The notes beneath the pieces were generated by a model. It was not told the DNA's origin, did no database searches, and saw nothing but the letters and a program-made list of their open reading frames with translations. 64,000 bases of DNA. Source: Mobula hypostoma. Taxonomy: Eukaryota. Below are positions 37,480-49,797 of the stretch, piece after piece. Position numbers and translations under genes: made by a program. Every line of letters starts with the position of its first letter. Within the stretch, counting starts at the first letter, position 1. Where the stretch lies: contig NC_086108.1 of NCBI RefSeq assembly GCF_963921235.1, positions 108,936,001 to 109,000,000 of the forward strand, given 5' to 3'.

Positions 37480-37990
37480 GTCTCTTCTTACTGCTGCCTC
37501 CAGGAAGAAGGTACAGGAGCCTCAGGACCCACACCACCAGGTTCAGGAACAGTTATTACCCCTCAACCATCAGGAAGGAGGTACAGGAGCCTCAGGACCC
37601 ACACCACCAGGTTCAGGAACAGTTATTACCCCTCAACCATCAGGAAGGAGGTACAGGAGCCTCAGGACCCACACTATCATTTTCAGGAACAGTTATTACC
37701 CCGCAACTATCAGGCTTCTGAACCCGGGGGAAGTTACACTCATCTCAAAACTGAATTTTTCCCACGACCTATGGACTCTTTGTCTCATGTTCTCAATTCA
37801 TTGCTTATTGATTTTATTTTGTATTTCCAAGCTTTGTTGTTGTTTGCACATCAGTTGTTTCTTCATTTTATGTGATCTTTCATTGATTCCATTTTGTATT
37901 TACTGTGAATGCCCACAAGATAATGAATCTTAGGGTTGTATATATGTTGTGACATATATGTACTTTGATAATACATTTACTTCAGCTTTG
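37480..37990 (+). mobile_element. Rex1/Babar-like 3' end with 70-bp triplication
   Basis: GRRYRSLRTHTTRFRNSYYPSTIR is repeated at 37501, 37571 and 37641. Confidence 0.8.
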
Positions 37991-38809
37991 CAGCCATTCC
38001 CAATTTCCTGGTACTTTACTAGTGAATCTGGAATTACTTGTTCATTTAAGTAATAATTCGTTTTTCCTTTGACAGTCCAGGTTGAACTTGCCTCCGTCAG
38101 ACAGTTAATTGCACCTGCTGACCGCTAATGGTGTGAAACTATTTTTCTCACAGGTTCCTTGAACCTGTTTGCCAACATGCATCTCATGCATGTGACCAGC
38201 ACGTAAATTCCATCACAACGAAGGCACCGCAGTGCCTCTACTTTCTTAGCGGCTATATTTCATTAGAAGGTTGAGGAGAGCTGGTATGTCACCAAAGACT
38301 TTTGCAAATCTCTGCAGATGTACCGCAGGGAGTATTCAAACTGGTTTCATCGCCATCTGGTACGGTGGGGCCACTGCACAGGATCAGAAACAACCACAGA
38401 AAATTGTAAACAACCAGCTCCATCATGGCCGCTGGCCTCCCCAGCATCACGGTGACCTTCAAAATGTGACACCTCAAACAGGAGGCATCCATCACGAAGG
38501 GCCCCTCATCACTCGGACGTGCTGTCCTCTCATTACTCACTTCAAGGAGGCGGTACAGGAGCTTGAGGGCATACATTGAGGTTTAAGCTAGCATTGCATG
38601 GGTTTGGGAACTAGAGTGCTAGAACAGTTAGTGGAGAGTTTGTGGGGGTAAATGTTGGTAAGACCTCAGACAAAGTCAAAAAGTTGAGCTAGGTGTGACT
38701 AGCGTCCTGAGTTGTGTATGTTTCAATGCAACAAGTACCCTAGGAAAGGAAGATGACCTCAGGGCATGGATCAACAACTGGAAAGTACTTTCATATCTCT
38801 TTTCCCCTC

Positions 38810-41800
38810 TAACTTAAGAATAGTGGGAATGACTACAAGGCCAGTTTTCTGCTCTGGGTGTCAAATGTGGGATATCCTGGAGACTTCCAGCCTCCCCGAA
38901 GGCCACATCTACACCAGGTGCATGGGGCTGCAGCTCCTTAGAGACCGAGTTAGGGAACTGGAGCTGCAGCTCGATGACCTTCGGGCTTGTTAGGGAAAGT
39001 GAGGAGGTGATCGATAGGAGCGACAGGCAGGTAGTCACCCCAGGACCACAGGAGACAGAAAAGTGGGTGACTGTCAGGAGGGGGAAAGGTAACCCTGCGG
39101 CCATCCCCGTTAACAATAAGTACTCCATTTTGAGAACTGTTGGGGAGACGACCTACCTGCAGAAAGCAACAGCATCCCTGCCTCCGGCACTGAGTCTGGC
39201 CCTGTGGCTCAGAAAGGTAGGGAACGGTAGTGAATGGCAGCAGTAATAGGGGACTCTACATTCAGGGAGGCAGATAGGCTATTCTATGGGCACGAAAAAG
39301 AAATACTGATGGTAGTTTGCCTCCCAAGTGCCAGGGATTGTGACGTTTCTGAAAGCATCCACGATATCCTGAAATGGGAGGGTGAGCAGCCAGAGGTCGT
39401 GGTACATATTAGTACCAATGACATAGGTAGGAAAAGGGAGAAGGTCTTGAAAGCAGAATACAGGGAGTTAGGAAGGAAGCTGAGAAGCAGGACCTTATGG
39501 GTAGTAATCTCAGGATTGCTGCCTGTGCCAGGCGACACTGAGTATAGGAATAGAATGAGGTGGTGGATAAATGCGTGGCTGAAGGATTGGAGCAGGGGAC
39601 AGGGATTCAGATTTCGGGATCATTGGGACCTCTTCTGGGGCAAGTGTGACCTGTACAAAAGGGATAGGTTGCACTTGAATCTGATGGGGGCCATTATCCA
39701 GGAGCGGAGGTTTGCTGATGGTATTGGGGAGAATTTAGGACAGATTTGCAGGGGGGTGGGAACCGAAGAGAAGAGGCAGACAAGTAGAAGTCAAGTTGGT
39801 GCACAAGTAGAAACAGCTTGTAGGGAGTTTGTGGGAAAGGATAGGCAGATGATAAAGCAAAGATGCACTCAGCATGATGGTTTGAGATGTGTCTATTTTA
39901 ATGCTAGGAGTATCATAAACAAGGTGGATGAACTTAGAGCGTGGATCAATACATGAAACTATGATGTTGTGGCCATTACAGAGACTTGGACGTCTCAGGG
40001 AAAGGAATGGCTGCTGAGTGTGCCAGGCTTTAGATGTTTCAAAAAGACCAGGGAGGGAGGCAAAAGAGGTGGGGGCATGGCATTGCTAATCAGGGATAGT
40101 GTCACCGCTGCAGAAAAGGAGGAAGTCATGGAAGGATTGTCTACTGAGTCAATGTGGGTGGAATTCAGAAACAGGAAGTAGGCACTAACTCAACTGGGTG
40201 TTTTTTATAGATCCCCCCACAATAGTAACAGGGACATCAAGGAGCAGATAGGGAAGTAGATTCTGGAGCAGTGCAATAATAATAGGGTTGTTGTGATGGG
40301 AGAGTTTAACTTTCCTAATATTGATTGGCATCTCCTTAGCGCAAGGGGTTTAGATGGGGTAGAGTTTGTTAGGTGTATTCAGGAAGGTTTCCGGACACAA
40401 TGTGTAGATAAGCCAACTAGATGAGAGGCTGTACATGATCTGGTATTCAGAAATGAACCTGGTCAGATGTCAGATCTCTCAGTGGGAGAGCATTTTGGAG
40501 GTAGTGATCACACCTCTATCTATCTTACCATAGCCCTGGAGAGAGATAGAAGCAGACAATTTGGGAAAACATTTAATTGGGATAGGGGGATGCTATTAGG
40601 CAGAAGTTTGGAAGCATAAAATGAGAACAGATGTTCTCAGGAAAATGCATGGCAGAAATGTGGCTAATGTTCTGGAAACATTTACGTGACATTCTGCATA
40701 AGTATGTTCCATTAAGGCAGGGAAAGGATGGTAGTGTTAAAGAACCATGGTGTACAAAGGATGTGGAAAATCTAGTTAAGAAAAAAAGGAAAGTTTACAA
40801 AAGGTTCAAGAAGCTAGGTACTGTTAGAGATCTAGAAAATTACAAGGTTACCAGAAAGGAGCTCAGGAATTAAATTAGGAGAGCTGGAACGGGCCATGAA
40901 GGTCTTGGTGAGCAGGATTAAGGAAAACTCCAAGTTATTCTACAAGTATATGAACAGCAAAAGGATGAGCTGTGTGAGAATAGGACGAATCAGGTGCGAT
41001 AGTGGAAACATGTGCATGGAATTGGAGGAGGTAGCGGGGGTACTTACTGAATACCTTGCTTCAGTATTGACCAGAGTAAAGGACCTTGGCAATTGTGGGG
41101 ACTGAATTGCTTGAAACATTAAGAAAGAAGATGAGCTGGAGTTAGAAGTCGCCAGGACAGGATGAGATATACCCCAGGCTACTGTGGGAAGCAAAGGAGG
41201 AGACTGCTAGCCTCCGGTGATGATCTTTCCATCATCAACAGGGATGGGAGAAGTACTGGAAAATTGGAGGGTTGCAAATGTTGTTCCCTTGTTCAAGAAA
41301 GGGAGTAGAGATAACCCAGGAAATTATAGACTAGTGAGTCTTACTTCAGAGGTGGGCAAGTTGTTGGAGAAGATCCTGAGAGGTAAGGTTTATGAGCATT
41401 TGGAGAGACATAATCTGATTAGGGATAGTCAACATGGCTTTATCAAGGGCAGGTCGTGCCTTATGAGCCTGACTAAATTCTTTGAGGATGTAACAAAACA
41501 CGTTGATGAAGGTAGAACAGTGGATGTAGTGTATATTGATTTCAGTAAGGAATTTGATAAGGTTTCCCATGCAAGGCTCATTCAGAAAGTAAGGAGGCAT
41601 GGGATCCAAGGAGACCTTGCTTTTATGAGAATAGGTTGAATGAACTTGGCCTTTTCTCCTTGGAGCGACAGAGGATGGGAGGTGACCTGACAGAGTTGTA
41701 TAAGATGATGAGAGATATTGATCGTGTGGATAGCCAGAGGTTTTTTCCCAGGGCTGAAATGGCTAACACAAGGGAGCATAGTTTTAAGGTGCTTGGAAGT

Positions 41801-42065
41801 AGGTACATAGGGGATGTCAGGGGTAAATTTTTCACACAGAGAGTGGTGGGTGCGTGGAATGCACTGCCGGCGATGGTGGTGGAGGCAGATACAATAGGGT
41901 TTTTTAAGAGACTTTTAGATAGGCACTTGGGGCTTAGAAAAATAGAGGGCTATGCAATAGGGTAATTCTAGAGTGTTTATAGAGTAGGTTACATGGTCAG
42001 CACAATATTGTGGGCCGAAGGGCCTGTAATGTTCAGTAAATTTATATGTTCTATGTTCTATGTTT
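38810..42065 (+). mobile_element. CR1 LINE with ORF1 (zinc finger plus SGNH esterase) and degenerate ORF2, internal deletion at about 41622
   Basis: CSGCQMW..RVRELELQL; AVIGDS..VVVHISTND..DRLHLN (esterase); CVYFNARSIINKVDELRAWI (APE). The RT runs to HGIQGDLA and then jumps to NELGLFSLE. Confidence 0.9.
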
Positions 42066-44870
42066 TGCACATTGGTTGTTTGTCAGTATTTGTCATTGAT
42101 AGTTTTTCATAATTCTTTTGTATTTCTTTAATTTCTTATAAAATACCTGCAAGAAAATAAAACTCATGGTGACATATAAATACTTTGATTAAAAAATACT
42201 TTGAACTTTGAACCTGATTGACCTGCATCTGGACCAAAGCCCTCCATACCCCTCCCATCCATGTACCTATCCAAACTTCTGCTAAGTGTTACGATTGAAC
42301 CCACATCCAACTCTTCTACTGGCAGCTCACTCCCCAGTCGCACCACCCTCCGAGTGAAGAAGTTCCCCCTCAGGTTCCCTTTACATATTTCACCTTTCAC
42401 CTTTAACCGATGACCTCTATTTATAGTCTCGCCTAACCTCAGAAGAAACAGTCTTCTTGTACTTACTCCTCGTTCTCCTGCGCTCCAGGGAATAAAGTCT
42501 TAAAGTCTATTACTTTCTACTGTGCTGTCCTGCTGTGACAAAAACCTAATTGTCACGGCACTTATAGACAGAACTTTAGAGCACAGTACAGGCCCTTTGG
42601 GCCATAATATTTTGCCGACACTTTACCTACTTCAAGATCAATGTAAACCTCCCCTCCCATATAGCCCTCAATTTTTTTTATCTGTCTTTCTAAGATTCTC
42701 TAAAATATCCCTAATCTATCAGCCATTACTAGCAGCAGGTTCCATGCACCCACACACTGTGTGTAAAAAGCTTACCTCTGACAACCAACCCCATACCTTC
42801 CTCCAATCACCTTAAAATTTTCATCTGTATCATTACGTGCCGTGTTGTACGACGTGGTAAATCGTGCTCTTTCTATGACCAGGATTGTTCTTGTTAAATT
42901 TTTCTGTTGAGGTGCTTTGCTATTGCCTTCTTCTGGGTAGTGTCTTTACAAGATGGGTGACCTCAGCCACTATCAATACTGTTCTGAGATTTTCTGTCAG
43001 GCGTCTGCGGTCACATAACCTGGACTTGTGATATGTACCCAGCTCTCGTACAACCATCCACCACCTGCTCCCATGGCTTCACATGACGCTGAATGAGGTT
43101 GGGGGGGGGGGTAAAGCAGGTGCTACACCTTGTCCAAGGTGATCTGCAATCTGCAGGCTTGTGGAGGGAAGGAGCCCCTTACACCTCCTTTGGTAGAAAT
43201 GTATCTCTACTCCATCAACCTTTAAAGTTAAGCCCCCTTGTATTAGCCATTTCTGCCCAGAGAAAAATTCTCTGGCTATCCATTTGATCTATGTCTCTTA
43301 TAATCTTGTACACCTCCGTTAAATCACCTCTCAACCTCCTTCACTCCAGTGAGAAAAGACCAGTTACACGGAAAGTGCAGTGCAGGTAAACAATAAGGTA
43401 CAGGAGCCGTGGGGCCATAACAATACAGGCTGAGAGAGAAAGAGTTCATCTTTATCCTACAGGAAACATGAAGAATCTTGATCATTATATGAAAACAAAT
43501 TAATTTATTTTATTTTATTTAGGGAGTCAGTGCAGAATAGTCCATTCCAACCTCACAAGCTGTGGCATCCAACATCCCACCGATGGAACACTGGTCTAAT
43601 CACAGGACAATTTACAAAGACCAATGAACCCACTAAACGGTACGTCTTTGGACCGTGAGAGGAAATCAGAGCACCCAGAGGAAACAGGCACATATTATGG
43701 GGAGGACATATAAACTCATTACAGGTTTACAATCCTTACAGACTTAAACTCCAAATTCTGAAATACCCCAAGCTGCAATAGTGTTGTGCTAACTGTTATA
43801 CTACCGTGGCAACCATTAATAGTACAATAAAAGACAGGTCCTAATTGTATTTACTGAACTTAATATGATTAAAGAATATATTTGAAATACGGAAAAGAAT
43901 GTTTTCCTCATTGAACGGGCTCTGTTAATGATAGTTTTACAGTCTGTGCAGTGAGTGTGGAATATTACTCGGAGGTTTTGTCAGTGCTGAATTATGGCAG
44001 TTTCTAGATATCTAAAGGAGTCTCAGATGCAGTGTATGAGAGCTGTGATATTTTCATTCAAATCCCCTGTCATTGAGGAGATGTTCTGCTTGTTTGGGCA
44101 GTATGACTTCTGACTACATCTTGACATGAGCTCAAATGCCTTATTACACATGCTTGACTGATCAGTTTCTTGCTTTGTACAACAAAGGAAATATCTGCCA
44201 CAGCAGCAGTTCTCCGAGCGATGAATATATCCCGTCTCGGACAAAGAGCGGGATTAACTCATCTTGCAAAAACCGCCCCCTTCGGATCCCAGTCAGTCAA
44301 CGGCAGCAGGGATTGGCAGGTGATACAATTTGCATTGCACAATAAGGCCGGCAAGGTCTTTCGAGGCTGATGTAGTCCCAAAATGACAACCTTGACACAG
44401 AGGGTCTGAAAATGAGTTCATTCACCGGTTCTGACTCAACATCCCAATGTCAAAAATTGTGAATGCTGGATCAATCAGTTCAAGGGAGAAAATGGATTGC
44501 ATTACCGTTTCACACCTCAATACTCATCCCAGTCGTCTGACCATCAAATTTTTCAATTTCAGGTGACCCTTACCTCCTGTGCTCCTCTCTCTCTCTCTCT
44601 CTCTCACTCATAATCATAGTCAAAATCAGAGACACATAGAATTATAGAGTACTGCACCACAGAAACAGGCACCTCAGCCCGTCTAGCCTCTGCCAACTTG
44701 ATCTTCTGCCTTGTCCTATCTACTTGCACTGAACCATAGCCCACAATACCCCTTCCATCCATGTACCCATTGAAACTTCTCTTAAATGTTGAAATAGAAC
44801 CCACATCCATCACTTCTACTGCCAGCTTGTTCCATACTTGCACCACCCTCTGTTTGAAGAAATCCATCCT

Positions 44871-47270
44871 AGAAACCATAGAAACCATAGAAACTACAGC
44901 ACAGAAACAGGCCTTTTGGCCCTTCTTGGCTGTGCCGAACCATTTTCTGCCTAGTCCCACTGACCTGCACACGGACCATATCCCTCCATACACCTCCCAT
45001 CCATGCATCTGTCCAATTTATTCTTAAATGTTAAAAAAGAACCCACATTTACCACCTCGTCTGGCAGCTCATTCCATACTCCCACCACTCTCTGTGTGAA
45101 GAAGCCCCCGCTAATGTTCCCTTTAAACTTTTCCCCCCTCACCCTAAACCCATGTCCTCTGGTTTTTTTCTCCCCTTGCCTCAGTGGAAAAAGCCTGCTT
45201 ACATTCACTCTATCTATACCCATCATAATTTTATATACCTCTATCAAATCTCCCCTCATTCTTCTATGCTCCAGGGAATAAAGTCCCAACCTATTCAACC
45301 TTTCTCTGTAACTGAGTTTCTCAAGTCCTGGCAACATCCTTGTAAACCATCTCTGCACTCTTTCAACCTTATTTATATCCTTCCTGTAATTTGGTGACCA
45401 AAACTGAACACAATACTCCAGATTCAGCCTCACCAATGCCTTATACAACCTCATCATAACATTCCAGCTCTTATACTCAATACTTTGATTAATAAAGGCC
45501 AATGTACCAAAAGCTCTCTTTACGACCCTATCTACCTGTGACGCCACTTTTAGGAAATTTTGTATCTGTATTCTCAGATCCCTCTGTTCCACTGCACTCC
45601 TCAGTGCCTTACCATTAACCCTGTATGTTCTACCTTGGTTTGTCCTTTCCACGTGCAATACCTCGCACTTGTCAGTATTAAACTTCATCTGCCATTTTTT
45701 AGCCCATTTTTTCAGCTGGTCCAAGTCCCTCTGCAGGCTCTGAAAACCTTCCTCACTGTCTACTACACCTCCAATCTTTGTATCATCAGCAAACTTGCTG
45801 ATCCAATTTACCACATTATCATCCAGATCATTGATATAGATGACAAATAACAATGGACCCAGCACTGATCCCTGTGGCACACCACTAGTCACAGGCCTCC
45901 ACTCAGAGAAGCAATTCTCTACCACCACTCTCTGGCTTCTTCCATGGAGCCAATGTCTAATCCAATTTACCACCTCTCCATGTATACCTAGCGACTGAAT
46001 TTTCCTAACTAACCTCCCATGCGGGACCCTGCCAAAGGCCTTACTGAAGTCCACGTAGACAATATCTACTGCCTTCCCTTCATCCACTTTCCTGGTAACC
46101 TCCTCAAAAAACTCCAATAGATTGGTCAAACATGACCTACCACGCACAAAGCCATGTTGACTCTCCCTAATAAGCCCCTGTCTATCCAAATGCTTGTAGA
46201 TTCTGTCTCTTAGTACTCCCTCCACTAACCTACCTACTACCGACGTTAAACTTACTGGCCTATAATTTCCCGGATTACTTTTCGATCCTTTTTTAAACAA
46301 TGGAACAACATGAGCCACTCTCCAATCCTCCGGCACCTCACCTGTAGACAGCGACATTTTAAATGTTTCAGCCAGGGCCCCTGCAATTTCAACACTAGTC
46401 TCCGTCATGGTCTGAGGGAACATCCTGTCAGGTCCCGGGGATTTATCCACTTTAATTTTCCTCAAGACAGCAAGCATCTCCTCCTTTTCGATCTGTACAG
46501 TTTCTATGCTCTCACTACTTGTTTCCCTTAATTCCATAGACTTCATGCCAATTTCCTTAGTAAACACAGATGCAAAAAACCTATTTAAGATCTCCCCCAT
46601 TTCCTTTGGTTCCGCACATAGCCGACCACTCAGATCTTCAAGAGAACCAATTTTATCCCTTACAATCCTTTTGTTCTTAATATACCTGTAAAAGCTGTTT
46701 GGATTATCCTTCACTTTGACTGCCAAGGCAACCTCATGTCTTCTTTTAGCCCTCCTGATTTCTTTCTTAAGTATTTTCTTGCACTTCTTATACTCCTCAA
46801 GCACCTTATTTACTCTCTGCTTCCTATACACGTCATACAACTCCCTCTTATTCTTTATCAGAGTTGCAATATCTCTTGAGAACCAAGGTTCCTTATTCCT
46901 ATTCACCTTGCCTTTAATCCTGACAGGAACATACAAATTCTGCACTCTCAAAATTTCTGCTTTGAAGGCTTCCCACCTACTGATCACATCCATGCCAGAG
47001 AACAACCTGTCCCAATCCACGCTTTTTAGATCTTTTCTCATTTCTTCAAATTTGGCCTTCTTCCAGTTAAGAAGCTCAACCCTAGGACCAGATCTATCCT
47101 TGTCCATGATCAAGTTGAAACTAATGGTGTTATGATCACTGGAACCAAAGTGCTCCCCTACACAGACTTCTGTTACTTGTCCTAACTCGTTTCCTAACAG
47201 GAGATCCAATATTGCATCCCCTCTAGTTGGTCCCTCTATATATTGATTTAGAAAACTTTCCTGAACACAT
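44871..47270 (-). mobile_element. CR1 LINE, young, 5'-truncated, nested in an older CR1 (44620-44870 and 47271-47690)
   Basis: Uninterrupted 752-aa ORF 44951-47209; tcctag is present at both junctions. Confidence 0.95.
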
Positions 47271-47689
47271 TCCTAGGTTCTCCTTAAATATTTCAGCTTT
47301 CACTTCTAATTCTAATCTAACCCAAGCTCTGTGGGAAAAAACCTGCTTGCATTTTCCTTATCTATACTCTTCATGATTTAGTAAACCTCTATCAATCTCC
47401 ACTCATTCTCATGAACTCCATGGAATGAAGTCCTATCCTGTTCAGCTTTTCTCTGTAACTCAGGTACTCAAGACTCAGCAAAATCATTATGAATTTTCTC
47501 TGCATTCTTTCAAGCTTATTGATATCTTTCCTGTAGATAGGTGACCAGAACTGAACACAAGTCCTTAAATTTGGCCTCACCAACGTCTTGTATAACATAA
47601 CACCCCAATCCCAGTGCTTAGTGCCCAAACTGATGAAGGCCAATAAGCTCTCTTGGTGACCTGATCTACCTCTAGTACCACTTTAAAGA

Positions 47690-48185
47690 GAGAGTGCAGA
47701 GGAGATTTACAAGGATGTTGCCTGGATTGGAGAGGGTGCCTTATGAGAATAGGTTGAGTGAACTTGGTCTTTTCTCCTTGGAGCAATGGAGGATGAGGGG
47801 TTACCTGACAGAGATGTATAAGACGATGAGAGGCTTTGATCATGTGGATAGCCAAAGGTTTTTACCCAGGGCTGAAATGGCCAACATAAGGGGGCATAGT
47901 TTTAAGGTGCTTGGAAGTAGGTACAAGGGGGATGTCAGGGGTAAGTTTTTCACACAGAGAGTCGTGGCTGCGTGGAATGCACGGCCAGTGATGGTGGTAG
48001 ATGTGGATACAATAGAGTCTTTTAAGAGACTCTTAGATGGGTGGATGGAGCTTAGAAAAATAGAGGGCTATGCGGTAGGGAAATGCTGGGCAGTTTCTGG
48101 AGTAGGCTACATGGTTGGCACAACATTCTGCGCCAAAGGGTCTGTAATGTGCTGTAGATTTCTACGTTCTTTGTTCAATGTTCCA
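47690..48185 (+). mobile_element. CR1 LINE 3' fragment
   Basis: QRRFTRMLPGLE..GKFFTQRVVAAWN; same subfamily as 41623-42065. Confidence 0.85.
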
Positions 48186-48231
48186 TATAGATAGTATGGA
48201 GGCTGCAACATACAGATTGAAAGAGTCTACG

Positions 48232-49797
48232 CAATACTCATAAAATATGCTGGAGGAACTCAGCAGGCCAGGCAGCATCTATGGCAAAATGTACAGTCGA
48301 CGTTTCAGGCTGAGACCCTTCCGCAGGACTGGAAAAAAAAAAGATGGGGAGTAGATTTTAAAGGTGGGGAGGGGAGAGAGAAGCACAAGGTGATAGGTGA
48401 AACTTGGGAGGGGAAGGGATTAAGTAAAGAGCTGGGAAGTTGATTAGAGAAAGAGATACAGGGCTGGAGGATGGGGGGAGTCTAATAGGAGAGAACAGAA
48501 GGACATGGAAGAAGGAAAAAGGGGGAGGAGCACCAGGGGGAGTTGATTCCATCCACTGACACCAGCTTCATCATTCCCACACTCTGTCCCTCCTGTTTCT
48601 ACTTCCTACCCAAGATCCACAAACCTGCTTGTCCAGGTAGACCCATTGTTTCAGCTTGTTCCTGTATCACTGAGCTCATATCTGCATACCTTGACTCGGT
48701 TTTATACCCCCAGTTCAGTCCCTTCTTACCTACATCCATGGCACTTCACACGCTCTGGATCTTTTCAATGATTTCAAGTTCCCTGGCCTCGATCATCTTA
48801 TGTTTACTATGGATGTCCAGTCCCTATATACCTTCATCCCCACCAGGAAGGCCTCAAAGCTCTCCATTTCTTTCAGGACACCAGACCCAACCAGCTCCCC
48901 TCTACCACCACTCTCCTCTGTCTGGCAGTACTTGTCCTCACTCTCAGTAATATCTCCATTGGCTCCTCCCACTTCCTTCAAACAAAAGGTGTATCAGTGG
49001 GTCCTAGCTATGCCTGCCTTTTCATCGGCTGCGTGGAACTGTCTATGTTCCAAGCCTACACTGGGGTCCGTTCCCCACTCTTCCTATGCTACATCGACGA
49101 CTGCATTGGTGCTGCTCTCTGCACCCATGCCAAGCTCATCAACTTCACCAGCTTTGCCTCCAACTTCCACCCTACCCTCAAATTTACTTGTCCATTTCCG
49201 ACACCTCCCTCCCCTTTCTCAATCTCACTGGCTCTGTCTCTGGAGGCAGCTTATCTACTGATGTCTATTATAAACCCACGGACTCTCACAGCTACCTGGA
49301 CTATACCTCTTCTTGTTATTTGTAAAAACACCATCCCCTTCTCTCAATTTCTCCATCTCTGCCATTTGCTCTCAGAACAAGGCTTTTTATTCTAGATTGA
49401 AAGAGATGTCCTCCTTTTTCAAAGAAAGGGGCTTCCCTTTTTCCACCATAAATGCTGCCCTCAACCGGACCACTTCCATTTCACACACGTCTATCTTTAC
49501 CCCATCCTCCCACCACCCTACCAGGGATAGGGTTCCTCTTGTCCTCACCTACCAGCCTCCACGTCCAGCATATAATTCTCTGGAACTTCCACCATCTCCA
49601 GCAGGATCCCACCACCAAGCACATCTTTCCATCTCCTCCACTTCCTGCTTTCCACAGGGACCAGTCCTTATACGACTCCCTTGTCCATGCATCCCTCCCC
49701 ACTGACCCCCCCCCCCCAGCACTTATCCTTGCAAGTGGAACAAGTGCTACACTTACCCCTACACCTCCTCACTCACTACCATTCAGGGCCCCAAGTA
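48232..49797 (+). mobile_element. Penelope-like element: RT remnant preceded by an inverted terminal repeat (48232-48545, minus)
   Basis: FYFLPKIHK..GRPIVS, FTMDVQSLYT, GPSYACLF, YIDDCIG, DVYYKPTDSHSYLDY. Confidence 0.88.
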
